A DNA stretch of 64,000 nucleotides from Lama guanicoe (GCA_013239625.1 MU054117.1:3214677-3278676), one strand, 5' to 3'; counted from the stretch's first letter, positions 25,064 to 37,717 are shown. Program-made: numbers and translations. The notes: a model not told the origin generated them from the letters alone.

Positions 25064-26752
25064 TTTTTTTTATTGAAGTACAGTCAGTTACAATGTGTCA
25101 GTTTCTGGGTGCAGCACAGTGTTTCAGTCGTACCGTACATACATGTATTTGTTTGCATGTTCTTTTTCATTATAGGTTACTGTAAGATGTTGAATATAGT
25201 TCCCTGTGCTCTACAGAAGCAGCCTGTCTATCTATTTTCTACATAGTAGTTAGCATTTGCACATCTGGAACGCCCAATTTATCCCTTCCTACCCCCTCTC
25301 CCCCGGTAACCATAAGTTTGTTTACTATGTCTGTGAGTCTGTTTCTGTTTTGCAGATAAGTTCATTAGTGATTTCTGTTTTCTTTTCTTTCTTTTTTTCT
25401 CTTTTAGATTCCACATATGAGTGATATCTGTGCCATTTTCCTTTTTCCTTCTGGCTTCCTTCACTTAGAATGATGATCTTCAGACCCATCCATGTTGCTG
25501 CAAATGACATTATTTTATTCTGTTTTATGGCTGAGTAGTATTCCATTGTATATATATGTACCACAACTTCTTTACCCAGTCATCTGTCAGTGGACATTTA
25601 AGTTATTTCCGTGTCTTGGCTGTTGTATATAGTGCTGTCATGAACATTGTGGTGCATGTATCTTTTCGAATCTGAGTTCCTCCTGGATATATGCCCAAGA
25701 GTGGGATTGCTGGATCATATTAAGTCTGTTTTTAGTTTTTTGAAGAATCTCTGTACTGTTTTCCATAATGGCTATAACAAACTGCATTCCCACCACAGTG
25801 CAGGAGGGCTCCCTTTTCTCCACAGCCTCTCCAGCTTTTATGGTTTGTGGACTTTTTAATGATGGCCATTCTGACTGGTGTGAGGTGATTCCTCATGGCA
25901 GTTTTCATTTACTTTTCTCTGATAACTAGTGACACTGAGCATTTTTTCATGTGCCTGTTGGCTGTATGTCTTCATTGGAGAACTGCTTGTTTAGGTCTTC
26001 TGCCTATTTTTGGATTGGGTTTTTTATTTTTTTTTTGCTATTAAGTTATATGAGTTGTTTATATATAGTCTGGAAATTAAACCTTTGTCAGTCGCATCAT
26101 TTGCAAATATTTTCTCCCATTACGTAGGTTGTCATTTTGTTTTGCTCATGGTTTCCTTTGCTGTGCAAAACCCTGTAAGTTTGATTAGGTCCCATTTGTT
26201 CATTTTTGCTTTTATTTCCATCACCTGGGTAGACTGGCCTAGGAGAACATTGCTAAGATTTATGTCAGATAATGTTTTGCCTGTGTTTTCTTTTAGGAGG
26301 TTTATAGCATCTTGTCTTATATTTAAGTCTATAAGCCATTTTGAGTTTACTTTTGTGTGTGGAGTGAGGGAGTGTTCTAACTTCATAGATTCACATGCTG
26401 CTTTTCCAGTTTTCCTGACACCACCAGTGGAAGAGACTGTCTTTCCCCCATTGTATATTCTTGCCTCCTTTGTTGAAGATCAATTGACTGTAGGTCTGTG
26501 GGTTCATTTTTGGGCTCTCTCTTCTGTTCCTTTGATCCGTATGTCTGTTTTTGTTCCAGTACCACTCTGTTTTGATTACTGTAGCTCTGTGTTATTGTCT
26601 GAAGTCTGGGAGGGTCGTTCCTCCAGCTTTGTTCTTTTTCTTCAGTATTGCTTTGGCAATTCTTGGTCTTTTGTGATTCCGTATAAATTTCAGGATTTAT
26701 TTTTAAGTGTTCTACTTCTGTGAAAAATGTCCTGGGTAATTTGATAGGGATC
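25064..26752 (-). mobile_element. 5'-truncated LINE-1 (about 1.7 kb: disrupted ORF2 C-terminus, 3'UTR, polyA)
   Basis: Minus-strand ORF KLEHSLTPHTKVNSKWLIDLNIRQ...KMNKWDLIKLTGFCTAKET is L1 ORF2. TSD ttggctgtacaatt (25050-25063) and ttggctatataatt (26753-26766). Confidence 0.95.
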
Positions 26753-27237
26753 TTGGCTATATAATTCTTGATCCACCTTTAGTTATGCCCTTAGCTGTCA
26801 CTTCCTTGGGGAAGCTCTCTCCAGTGTACCAGTCATGGACCCACACGGCAGCCTTCATTTGCTCCATCACAGCCCCAGCCTCACTCTTCAGAGTTCCCCC
26901 CGATTGGTCCAACGCCACCCTACCCTGGTGGCCACTTGGAAAAACCCCACCACTGGGTTTCATGCCCTAGCATAAGACCTGGCACATCAAAGTTGTTGGA
27001 TGAGTTAATGAATTTGTTAGTGCCTTGTATTTGTCACTTGTTATATACACTGAAGAGTCAGAGGTTAAAAATAATAGCCCTGCACAAATGCACGTAAACG
27101 GTAGATCTACAAGAAAGCAAGTAAGTGTGGTAAAGGGTGATACACACTGTGAGACAGGGTGATAAGAGAGCACGCAGAGCAGGCACCAAGGAGGATGCGA
27201 TCAACTCCACCATCTCAAGGGATGCGTGAGAGACTGT

Positions 27238-27690
27238 TGTTTGTTTTTGTTTTTGTTTTTGTTTTTGCTATTAGTTTCAGGTGTATAGCAAAGTGATTCA
27301 GGTTTTTATATATATATATAAAAAACTGAATAATATAATAATAATATATATATTATTTTTCAGATTCTTTTCCACTATAAGTTATTATAAGATATCAGGT
27401 ATAATTCCCCATGCGATACAGGAGGTCCTTGCTGTTTATCTATTTTATATATAGTGGTACTCTGTTAATCTCAAACTCCTAATTTATCCCTCCCCCCACT
27501 TCACCTTTGGCAACCATAAGTTTGTTTTCTATGTCTGTCAGTTTGCTTCTGTTTGGTCAATAAGTTCATTTGTGTCATTTTTTGTTTTGATATTACATAT
27601 AAATGATCTCATGTGATATTTGTCTCTTACTTCACTTAATGTGATCATCTCTAGGACCATCCATGTTGCTACAAATAGCATTATTTCCTT
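27238..27690 (-). mobile_element. LINE-1 3' fragment with (TTTTTG)n tail
   Basis: ttagtttcaggtgtatagcaaagtgattcag...accataagtttgttttctatgtctgt...ccatccatgttgctacaaatagcattatttc. Confidence 0.9.
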
Positions 27691-27719
27691 CCTTCTTTTT
27701 TATTTGTTTGTTTGTTTTT

Positions 27720-28620
27720 ACTTTTCATTTTGAAATAATTTCAGACTTACAAAAGTTGTAAAAATAGTACAGGGTTCCCTTCTACCCCACACCCAGTTCG
27801 CTCAACTGTTAGCATCTTAAATAACCGCGGTTCAGTGACCAGAACTAGGAAGTTCACGTTGATGAGATGCTCTCACCTAATTATAGACCGTATTCAAACT
27901 TGGCCGACTTGTTCTTTTTTCAGGCGCAGGTCCGCTCCCGAGTCCTACCCCCCGTCTGGTTATACTTCGCCGCCGTCTCCTCTAATCTGGTATCGTTCCT
28001 CGTCTTTTTTTTTTTTTTTAATCAGTTTTACAACGTTGACTTTTTCGAAAAGCACTGGCTGGTGACTTTGTAGAACGTCCCTGCGTCTGGACCTGTCTGG
28101 TGTTTCCTCACGGCTGGACGGAGGCTGTGCTGGGCGAGACCCCCGCAGGTGTGACGCTGCCCCCGTCTCAGAGGGTCCTGCCGTTGCCGCCTCTCATTCC
28201 TGGGGACGTTAACTTTGACCGCTTGGTTGAGGTGGTGTCCGCTAGGCTTCGCCCCCGTTAAGTGACTGTCTTCCCTTTGTAACTAATAAACACCTTGGGA
28301 GGAGACGCTCTGAGACTCTGCAGATACCATGTTTTCGTTGTATTTTCGCGTTTTACATTCATTACATCCACGACTCGCACCTGCCACAGTTTTTTGTGGT
28401 GTTGCCAGATTGCGGCTTTCTACTTCTCTCACTTCTTCTGCATTCATTAGCTGGAATTCTGCCGTGAGAAAGAGCTGCTCTTCTTTCTTCTGTTTCTGCA
28501 TTTATTTATCCAATCATTCATATCAGGATGGGCTGGGGAACATGTACCCTAGTCCATTCTACTGGTTATCACCTGTCCGTATCCTTACCTATTTTATTAC
28601 TCACAGCCGCTCAGATTGAG
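27720..28620 (-). mobile_element. Old LINE-1 3' end (L1MC4-like)
   Basis: ttttgaaataatttcagacttacaaaagttg...gacgttaactttgaccgcttggtt...ccctttgtaactaataaaca...cattcattagctggaattctgccgtgag. Confidence 0.75.
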
Positions 28621-28819
28621 CCACTGGGATGGAGCAGATTCTTCCCTGAAAGTCATTATAGGCTCATTATTAATTCAGCTAAACAAAGCGCACCGAAACG
28701 CACTGTCAAGAAAACGATAGAGAAACGATTTCACGCCACCGTTATGTAATTTTTTCTTACTAGTCGTGGTCATTTAGGAGAAGTGATTCTTGAGAGATGA
28801 GTAGGTGCTTCCCAGACAA

Positions 28820-29520
28820 AACAGAGCGGCAGGGCGGGCGGAGGAAGTACCTGGCGCGAGCGCATCCGCGTGTGAAGCCGCCTGGGGCCGTCTTCCCTCC
28901 CCGGCATCTCTGGGCCGCGCCCTCCCTCCGCCACCCCCCGTCGGTCCCCAGTCACCCCCATCTCCCCTGGACCAGAGGAAGGGGGCTTTCCCCTTCCGTG
29001 CTGCATTCAGCAACCAGGGCGGCTGTTCGCAAGCTCGGCACCTCACCACGTCGCTCTCGGCTCAGGACCTTCCAGGGCTTTCCCGCCGCGCCTGGGGGAC
29101 CGTCAGGAGGCCCCCGCCCGGTCCGATCCCGAAGCCCGGCGCCCAGCTCCCCGTCTTCCACGGCCCCCTTTCTCGCTGTGTCCGCGGCCCCTCCGAGGCC
29201 CCGCCCCCCAGGGCCGTGGCCCTGCCCCTACCCCTTCCCAGCATGCACTGCCCTCTCGTCTCCGCCCCAGGGCTGCCCCCCATCGGGCTAACCCCTGTTC
29301 GCCCTTCAGGTTGCGGCGTCCCCGGGGCTGCTTCAGACAAATCTTCCATGATTCTAAAAAGTTGGGTCCCCGCGAAGTGTTCTGTGCGCTGCACCGTCTC
29401 CTCCCAGGCCCCCGCGCAGACCAGGCCTGCTCTCCCTGCGCGCGGCACGTCCCTCCCACGTGCCCTCCCTCCAGCCCTCCCTCCGGTTCGGCCTCGGCGG
29501 GTAGGGGCTCAGTGCGTAAC
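28820..29520. promoter_or_regulatory. CpG island-like segment, containing a minus-strand donor GTG|gtgagg at 29046/29047
   Basis: Very GC- and CpG-dense with GGGCGG boxes. Could be a promoter-type island or a GC-rich exon of the decayed gene. Confidence 0.6.
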
Positions 29521-29639
29521 TCATCGTCCAGTGAATAATGTTGAGTAATACTCCCAGGAGACAGGTAAAATTCTTCCAAGTTTTAAAACTTATTTGGAAG
29601 TCATTTCACACATATAGAAGAGTTGCAAAAATAAAAATA

Positions 29640-30218
29640 GAAGAACCATACCATCCAGCAGTCCCTCTCCTGGGCATATATCCAGAGAAAACTCAAATTC
29701 TAAAAGACACACACACCCCAGTGTTCACAGCAGCACTATACACAACAGCCAAGACGTGGAAGCAACCTGAATGTCCATCGACAGATGACTGGATAAAGAA
29801 GCTGTGGTCCATATATATACACACACGATGGAACACTACTCAGGCATAAAAAGGAATAAAATACTGCCATTTGCAGCAACATGGATGGACCTCGAGAGCG
29901 TCACACTAACTGAAGTAGGTAAGACAGAGGAAGACGAACATCAATCATATGGTATCACTTATATGTGGAATCTAAGATATGACACAAATGAACTTATTTA
30001 CAAAACAGAAACAGATTCACAGACATAGAAAACAAACTTATTGTTACCAAAGGGGAAAGGGGATGGGGAGGGATAAATTAGGAGTTTGGGATTTGCAGAT
30101 CCTGATTACTATGTATGAAACTGAGATAAACAACGAGGACCTGCCGTCTAGCACCGGGAACTAGGTTCACTGTCCTGTAATAACCTATAATGATAAAGAC
30201 TGTGAAAAAGACAAAAAA
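29640..30218 (+). mobile_element. Young LINE-1 3' fragment
   Basis: ccataccatccagcagtccctctcctgggcatatatccagag...gcagcaacatggatggacctcgag...ggataaattaggagtttgggatt. Confidence 0.9.
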
Positions 30219-30511
30219 ATCCAACCTTCGAATATCCCTGCTTTCTCTCAGACCCTTTCCCGCAGGGGTGGGCTTTTCACCGTGTTGTCTTCCTCTCCAC
30301 TCGCCCCTGCTTCTCTCAGGCAAGCTCAGCTTTGTATCAGCTGAACCTGCTTCTGAAGTTGGCCCTTTATTTCATATAAAGCCAGCCCTTCCCTCTGTTT
30401 TCCAATAATACTCCTCCAGGGTGTTTTTCTGGTGGGATTTCCCAGAACAGGAGCTATGAAATCATTAATTCTGGGTCTGCTAAAAGCAGCCGCTGTTTAG
30501 ACCGATCTTAC

Positions 30512-31314
30512 CAGGCTGGAAAATCCCAGCCAGGGGTCCTCGCGCATCGGTCCAGCATTCCCTCCAGCCTGGGCTCGCTCTGCGCGTGTCCTGCCCGGCC
30601 GTCCTGTGATACTTCTCATCTTTCCTGGGCTTCCTTCAGGGACCAAATTCCGTGAATTTCTCAGGTATTCTTTAGGTAGAGGTATTTCCTGGGTCACAAT
30701 AAAGTCATGTAATGATTTTTTTGTAACCTCTTTGAACGTCTGTCCCATCCTTAAGGGGCCTCTGTTCCTACAACTGTTCTTACAGTGCACTTCCACTCAG
30801 CTGCCCTGCTCCCGGCAGATCTAAAACGACAGACACTCCTCAGATTTTCCTGGATCCTGGCTGCCCCTGCGAAAGTCATTCCAGTCTGCTTTTTTGTAAA
30901 ATTTTGCACCTCTTCTTCTGCTGAACTTCACTGGAATTCACACACTGTTTCTGGTATAGTCTTATCTAAAATTTGTCTGTCCTTCCGAGTTCCCCCTTTA
31001 AGAACAGTTAACCTTGGAATTTCAATAATATAGATCTATTTCTCTTCCCCAAATTTAGAAGGTTGTGTTCTCTGTATGATAGAGGACTTCATTCCTTTTA
31101 TTATATTTTTAAAATAAAATCTATGATTTCTCTGTACAGGAAGCCACCGTCTGGGTCCTGCCAGTCAGAGCTGTAGTCAGTGTATCAGTATACTGAATCT
31201 GGAACCACTTTGAAATCACAGAATGGGGGTTTCTCTTGAACTTGTGGGTAAGTTACAGGAATTAAATTTAGTTCCTCTGTCGTTTCCTCTCTTGGTCCCA
31301 AAGACAATTTAAAG
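30512..31314 (-). pseudogene. Candidate large decayed exon (803 nt, stops and frameshifts)
   Basis: Acceptor ttctgtgctttttttag|, donor CTG|gtaaga, non-repeat sequence. Protein-like pieces in shifting frames: FKLSLGPREETTEELNLIPVTYPQVQEKPPFCDFKVVPDSVY*YTDYSSDWQDPDGGFLYREIIDFI; IIEIPRLTVLKGGTRKDRQILDKTIPETVCEFQ*; MGQTFKEVTKKSLHDFIVTQEIPLPKEYL. Confidence 0.5.
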
Positions 31315-31799
31315 CTAAAAAAAGCACAGAATTTGGGGGTGGTTGATCTTAGCCGCCTACAGTGACCAGCCTCTAACACTAAAGCTCAGAACTCACTGCT
31401 GTTCTGCGAAATATGCAGGCTCTCAGCTTAAAGTCCTGGTCTCCTGGCTCGGAGACCTTGCTGGGGGGCACGGTAAAACCACCCCGCTCCCTGACAGCGG
31501 AGAGCCCCCATGAAATGCTCCCGTTTCTCTTTCACCCAATCCTTGCCTCCTTCTTCATCCTCCTTAGTGCTTCCTTTTAATCAAATCTTTGCTGCTTCTG
31601 CCTCCTGAGTTTATCTGAAAGCCACCCCACTTGCTGGGGTCCAGCCTGCGTCCACGCCTGTGTAAAGCAGCCACCTGCTTGTAGGCAAAGTCGCCTTTGG
31701 CAGTGACGCACCAGGGGGAACGTCCTGCAGCGCTCGGTCTTCCTAAAGCCGAACGCCACCTGCCCGGGCCTCACCTGTTAAAGGCCAGTTCTGTTATAA

Positions 31800-32135
31800 A
31801 GCAATGAGAGTGAATGATATGCAACCCCACATGACAGTGTTGGATGAGGCCTTAAAAATCTCCTAATGTTGCCTGAAAGAAGACGGGCCCAGAGAAGTTC
31901 ATATTGTATTATTATGTTCATTCAAATTTATGTAAATTGCAAAATAAGCAAAACCGTCGTTACGCTGTTAAGTCGGGATGGTGGTCCGCAGGTGGTGACT
32001 GGCATCAGGGGGCTTATGAGATGCTGACAATGTTTTACTTCTTGATCCAGGTGCTGGTTACATAAGTTTTCAGTTAGTAAAATTTCACCAAACTGTCCAC
32101 CTATGATACGTGCAGTTTGATAAAAGGTTAATGTT
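31800..32135 (+). mobile_element. Old L1ME-like 3' fragment
   Basis: aagcaatgagagtgaatga...gctgacaatgttttacttcttgatccaggtgctggttaca...aaaatttcaccaaactgtccacctatgat. Confidence 0.65.
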
Positions 32136-32357
32136 TTTAAAAGCCAGCTGCACACCCATCAAAACCAGCGCATGACAGCACATGAGCATTACTACCAATT
32201 GCCAATTGCCTGAGGGTCCCAACTGCAAAAACCTAGCACCCCGCCTCCTGGCTGTGCCCAAAGTCCCCAGCAGCACATGGCAGGTGCTCCACAAATGACA
32301 GACGTTTTTATTTTCCCATGTTCTCTGCTCCTTAATGAGATGTTAGGGTCTAGGGGA

Positions 32358-32828
32358 GTAGAGTGGGTTGAATTGGGTCTCCTAAAAAGATACGTCCAAG
32401 TCTTAACCCCCAATAACTATGAATGGGATCTTATTTGGAAATAGGGTCTTTGTGGATGCAATTAAGTTAAGGATCATCTTAGATTTGTAGGGCATCCTAC
32501 ATCCAATGCCTGGTGTCGTGATATGAAAAAGGAGAGGGAGATTTGAGAAACATCGCCTCAGGAAGACAGACACAGGGAGGGAAGCCACGTGGAGATGGGG
32601 ACAAAGGTGGACTTATGGCACCACAAATCAAGGAACAGTGGGAGTCAGCAGGAGAAACTGGAAGAAACAAGATGTGACTCTTCCCTGGAGCCTTCAGAGG
32701 GACCGTGGCCCGGCCTGCACTTTGATTTCAGATGTCCGACCTCCAGAACCGTGAGAGAGTAAGTTTCTGTTGTTTGAAGCCAATCAGTTCTTGGTCATGT
32801 GTTATGATGGCCCTAGGCAGCTAGTACG
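32358..32828 (+). mobile_element. MaLR solo LTR (MLT1C-like)
   Basis: gggttgaattgggtctcctaaaaagatacgtccaagtc...ttatttggaaatagggtctttg...cctccagaaccgtgagagagtaagtttctgttgtttgaagcca. Confidence 0.9.
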
Positions 32829-33428
32829 GGGGACCATTTTAATACCTAACACTCCCTTTTTCCTGCCCTTGTTCTAACCCAAGAGATAAATATCAGTCTC
32901 AAGCAGATGGGCGTCAGAATTCTGCCTTGATTACTCAGCAAGCCACATTAGACGGCATGATTTCAAGCCTGCCAAAGGAGCCTACTGATAATTGTCTGAG
33001 AATCGAATTTACTCCTCTAGGCTACAGGTCTCCCTAGCAAAGCCTAGAATCTGCTCTCAAACGCTGACTGCTTGGACAAGAGCAGGTGAGATCACGTTTT
33101 ATCTGACAGAGAGCCGACGTTTGTTTAGAGATGCTAGACGCTTCCTGGGGAAGACAGTAAAGATACTGTCCATCAGAGCAAGACAAAGACTGTGTGACAT
33201 CACTTACATATGGAATCTAGAAGAGCCAAGCTCACAGAAATAGAGCAGCCGGGTGGTTAGCAGGGACTGGCGGATGAAGGGACCGGGGAGATGCTGACCA
33301 AAGGATATGAACTTCCAGTTCTAAGAGTAAGTTCCGCACATCTAATGTGTGACACAGTTACTGACACTGTGCTATGTCCTGGGAATTGGCTGAGGGAGTA
33401 AATCTTAGATGTTCTCCAGGTGACTAAC

Positions 33429-33469
33429 TCATGGCAAGTCTCCAAGTGTTTCTTCCTATCTCTGTCCAT
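33429..33469 (-). pseudogene. Candidate exon (41 nt, phase 0->2)
   Basis: Strong acceptor cttttgaattctaattttcag|, donor GA|gttagt. Reads MDRDRKKHLETCH; the exit phase matches entry of the 803-nt exon. Confidence 0.35.
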
Positions 33470-33676
33470 CTGAAAATTAGAATTCAAAAGTGACAACGTT
33501 GTTAAAAGGAGTCCTATGAACACAGTTCCTTGACTTGGGAGGTGAAGGCAGGCTCTTTCCGACAGGGGCTGTCTGATTTGGCTGGTGGGTTATCCATGAA
33601 ATACCTTCCACAACTTGAATGAGCTCAGTCTGCATCCCCAAGGTTCTGATGAGAACGGATTTAGAGCAAGTGACAA

Positions 33677-33952
33677 CAGACATAGTAAACAATCTTATGG
33701 TTACTGGGGGGAAAGGAAGTGGAAAGGGAGTTCGAGATTTGCAAATATTAACTACTGTATATAAAAATATATTTTAAAACCTCAAATTTCTTCCATATAG
33801 CACAAGGAACTATATTCAACATCTTGTAGCAACATTTAACGGAAAAGAATATGAAAACAAATCTATGTATGTATATGTCTGACTGAAACATGATGCTGGT
33901 CACCAGAAACTGACACATTATAACTGATTATACTTCAGTTAAAAAAAATAGT
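33677..33952 (+). mobile_element. 5'-truncated young LINE-1 with TSD
   Basis: L1 3'UTR; perfect 12-bp TSD AGCAAGTGACAA at 33665-33676 and 33955-33966. Confidence 0.92.
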
Positions 33953-33969
33953 AAAGCAAGTGACAAAGT

Positions 33970-35230
33970 AAAAGCTTTCCAGTGCAAAGATGTATTGGCC
34001 AAGACATATTGAAATTAACAAATATTTCTATTTCCTGAAGCTTTTTGAGTCCATCTGGTTCAAGAAGCTGCCTTTAAGTGACAGAATGAGAGAGAGAATT
34101 AATAGTCATTTGATATGTCTGGATAACGCCGTCTTAGTTGAATTTGAAATTGAAAGGAATGACACCATTATCTGGGTAGCAAATCCAATGGCCTTCGTTT
34201 CTTTGTTTTTAACAAGTTATAGGAGGACATAAATTATCAACTGGTAAATCATCAACTGACACCATGCCGTTTTGATGAGATAGCACTATTTGATATTTTA
34301 GCAAAAAACTTGGAAGTCGTTCAAAGAATCAAATGACATTGCCATAGTGAAACATCTTCCTCACGCTCTACTTTTTATGTGAACAAATGTCCACAAAAAT
34401 TAACAATCCTAATGGAACTGATGTGAGTCACAGGTAACATTCGTCACAGACACATGGGCTACTTGAGAATGCATTTCTAATCAAATTTCACCTTTTAGTT
34501 AATAATTATAAAAATTTGTACAGAGTCAGCCCTCTGCATCTGCGGGTTCTACATCTGTGGATTCACCCAACTGCAGATGGAAAATACGTGAAAAGAAAAA
34601 GTCCAGAAAGTTCCAAAAAACAAAATTTGACTTTGCCACTCGAGGACAAATATTTACATAGCATCTACATTGTATTTACAACTGTTTACTTATAATGTAC
34701 ATTGCATTAGGTGTTCTAAGTAATTAGATGTAACATAACATATGGGGGGATGTGCCATGGATCACAAGCAAGTCTCATGCCATTTTACATAAGGGACTTG
34801 ATCATCCGTGGATTTTGATATCCAGGGGGTTCCTGGGACCTAGGGAGAAATGAAATGTAAAGTCATAGAAAAAAAATTCACTTCAATCTATACACATGCT
34901 TCTGTGGCAGAGATACATAGCAGGACTGTCCCTGAAACATTTTCAGCCATAAAAATAATCATGTCCAGATAAACTTCCGTGGGATTTGAGGAGAAAAGGG
35001 AGCTATGTGAAACTTTCAACTCTTAAGAGCTTATAAATGCAGTTTTTAGGTGAATGATGATTCAGACCAAGTAGCTAGAGTCTACTGGAGAACCTTTCAT
35101 CATGATAGGACAGATTTCAATGCAAATGAAATGTCACTATGGCAAAAGTTACATTGTTTACAGCTATGTGAAGTCATGATGAGAAATTCTAGATGCTCAA
35201 TGGGTCATTTTCAAAATTATGTTCCAGATT
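33970..35230 (+). mobile_element. hAT-Charlie transposon fossil, interrupted by MER2
   Basis: 34325-34390 (gaatcaaatgacattgccatagtgaaacatcttcc...tttatgtgaacaa) resembles a degenerate hAT C-terminal dimerisation motif (ELS.IA..KLLPF.STYLCEQ). AT-rich. Confidence 0.6.
34521..34840. mobile_element. MER2-like Tigger (TcMar) MITE
   Basis: ta-cagagtcagccctctgcatctgcgggttctacatctgtggattca...agggacttgatcatccgtggattttgatatccagggggttcctgg. Confidence 0.85.
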
Positions 35231-36531
35231 ATCTTAAATGGACCCAAAGGCCATGCGTCCGGTCCCTGCAGCCGGTCCCCAGGGCTGTCTGCGATGTGTG
35301 GGAGCTGGGCGACTTCCCGGCTCCTGGTTGCAAGTCCCATATTGGTCCCCAGGGTGTGACACAGAACAGCATTCCCAGTTCCCGACCCGAATTTCTCTCT
35401 CTTTCCCTCACTTTCACATCCTTTTCAGGCGAGTGCTTTCCCCTGCCACGTCATAGCCGTCTAATTTGTCGTCCTTTTCCCTGGCTGGGTACCCTGACTG
35501 CAGCTGCTTTCTTGCAGGCAGTGCTCTGGGGTGGATGGAGCAGGGGGTTCACCTTTCCAGCCTCTCATTCCGGGTCCCCCGACTTCCCCGTGGTCCCCAC
35601 GCCACCCCACAGGCCCTCTCTGGCCTCCCCTTCCTCCTCCAGCCCAGCCGCCTCCAGCCCTGGGTTCCCTTCCCGGCACTCAGGGTGGACCGGAGCCCTC
35701 ATCCCTGTTCCCTAATCCCAGCCCGGCCAGCCAGGCCCGGCCCTTCTTGCTCTTTCATTCCCGCGGAGGAGCCGGAGGAGCCGCGGGAGGGAGAGGATGT
35801 GACCTCATCTGCAAGGCATCCGAGCCCAGGGGTGCCCCGGGGCTCCCACCCAGGCCCGCTCCCCATGCCCCTCGCCCCTCACTCCATCCAGGAGTCACGC
35901 AGAAGACCACCAGGGACCCTGGCTTTGAAGGGACCAAGGCTGTATTTTTGAGAAAGGGGCAGACAGGAGAGGAAATGGACTTGGCCAGACGTTCACTTTA
36001 TGAAAAACTAGACTCCCCTGCACAGAGCTGCACGCATCCCATGCACACGCTCAGCTGCGCGCACACACACACACACTCATGCACGCACGCGCACACACGC
36101 ACCTAACTCACTCCAGCCCCAAGCCCCAGTCTAATCAGAAGTCAAGAAATAAGGCGAAAGCTGCTAGTTTTCTGCCCCACTCCCTCCTCGGGGCGCTCTC
36201 TGAAGGAACAACCGATTCCTCCTGAACCCCGAGGTGCGGTCGGAGGAAGGGTGGGCCCCATGGACTCGGGAACCCCACCTTCAGGCTCACAGGCTGCATG
36301 TCAGATGGTTTCTCTACCCCTTTCTTCTCTCCTGCCCCCAAAGAAAACCCGGTCTCCCCTTCACGTGGGGCCTGAGTTTCCTGCCCTGGAGCTTAATTCT
36401 TCTGGGGTCTTGAGGGCTTCCAACCTTCCAGGAGTCTTGGCTTAAATACAAGTACTCCATGGAATGCACTTCCGGGGGAAGGGACAAGGAGTGAGGGGAC
36501 AGGCGAAGGCGTGGAGCTCAGAAACAGCAGA

Positions 36532-36655
36532 GGGGCTGGGGGCGTGGAGCTTGGTGGTGGAGCGCAAGCCTAGCAGGCAGGAGGTTCGGGGTTCAATCCC
36601 CAGCCCCTCCATTAAGAAAGAGAAAAGGGAAAAGAAAAGAAATTTTAGAAGAAAA
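36532..36655 (+). mobile_element. Vic-1-like tRNA SINE (diverged)
   Basis: gagcttggtggtggagcgcaagcctagc...ggggttcaatccccagcccctccattaa plus A-rich tail. Confidence 0.85.
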
Positions 36656-36834
36656 GAAAAGGCAGAAAGGAAATGTCCCTGTCCCTCTGGCAGGCTGCCA
36701 GCCCCTAAGCATGTTGGCGGGGGTGGCTGGGTGGGCTGCTCCCTCCCTGTCCCTCCCTGGAACCCACCGAAGGTGGCCCCACCTAGGCTGCAGAGAGAAG
36801 CCCCTGCCCCCTGACGTCTCAAAGTTACCCCTCC

Positions 36835-37072
36835 CCGGGGACTACTCAGTTGCCCTGTTTGTTTCCTTCCAAGAGTCTCTCATTATCTGACTTGATCTTG
36901 TTTACTTGTTTGTTTGTTTATTATCTGAGCACTGCCATCACCTCTCCCCACTGGGTCCCCAAGACTGTGAGCCCCGCCTATGAAGAGACCCCGCGGGTCT
37001 CACTCGCCGTCTGTGCAGCCTCGGGATGGGCCGCCCCCAGGAGGTGTGTATTTGTTGAATAAGTGAATGAAG
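36835..37072 (+). mobile_element. L2 3' end
   Basis: tgtttgtttattatctg...aagactgtgagccccg...tatttgttgaataagtgaatgaa. Confidence 0.7.
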
Positions 37073-37641
37073 GAAAACATACTAGCTCTCAGTGCTGCTT
37101 CGTGCGCCCTGCAACATTTTATGTTAAAGACCTTTGAATTAAATTATTATTTATAATGTATAAACATAGTTGTTAACATAGAACATTGTAAATAAGATAT
37201 GTTGTATAATTATATGTACGGGTCATAAGTAAATATGTAACATATAATTACCAGTGTCTGCCTTCGGGGCTGGACCGTGAGCGACTCCAGGTGTTACATC
37301 ATCTGAGCTCTTCCCACTGCTCAGCCTCCAGCTGAGTGCCCGGCAGAAAGGAAATGTTCTGGAGGTTATTTGTTGGTTTGCTGTGCGATGATGAGCAACA
37401 CGTTTTATTTCAAACGGGAGGTGAGCGATACGTCTTATATTTGTACAGTTCTTGAAAGACTGCTAAGTTCCTCCGCATCCGTTTTGTACCCACGACTCCT
37501 AGAAAGAAGCACCGGACAGCGCTGGCCGCACTTGACAGGGGAGCGGACTGCGTGCGCGAAAGGCTGAATGGTTTCTCCAGGGTGGGAGTCAGTGAGAAAG
37601 AGCATCAGAACCTCCAGCAGCGACTGAACTGCCTGTTTCCT

Positions 37642-37717
37642 TTTTTAAATTAAAGTGCAGTTGATTCGCAATGTTGTGTTAGTTTCTGATGTGCAGCATG
37701 GTGATTCAGTTATACAT

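Noticed and set aside
26010..26723. 237-aa plus-strand hydrophobic ORF
   Set aside because: Antisense to LINE-1 ORF2; a well-known artefact.
28805..29548. 247-aa plus-strand ORF
   Set aside because: Lies in the CpG island, where stop codons are scarce and most frames are open.
35050..36106. Overlapping 160-220-aa ORFs
   Set aside because: Begin in a hAT fossil and continue through C-rich low-complexity sequence. Multiple frames are open, which points to composition.
37504..37523. REST/NRSE site (AGCACC-GGACAGCGC)
   Set aside because: The left half is degenerate and the 2-nt spacer is missing.
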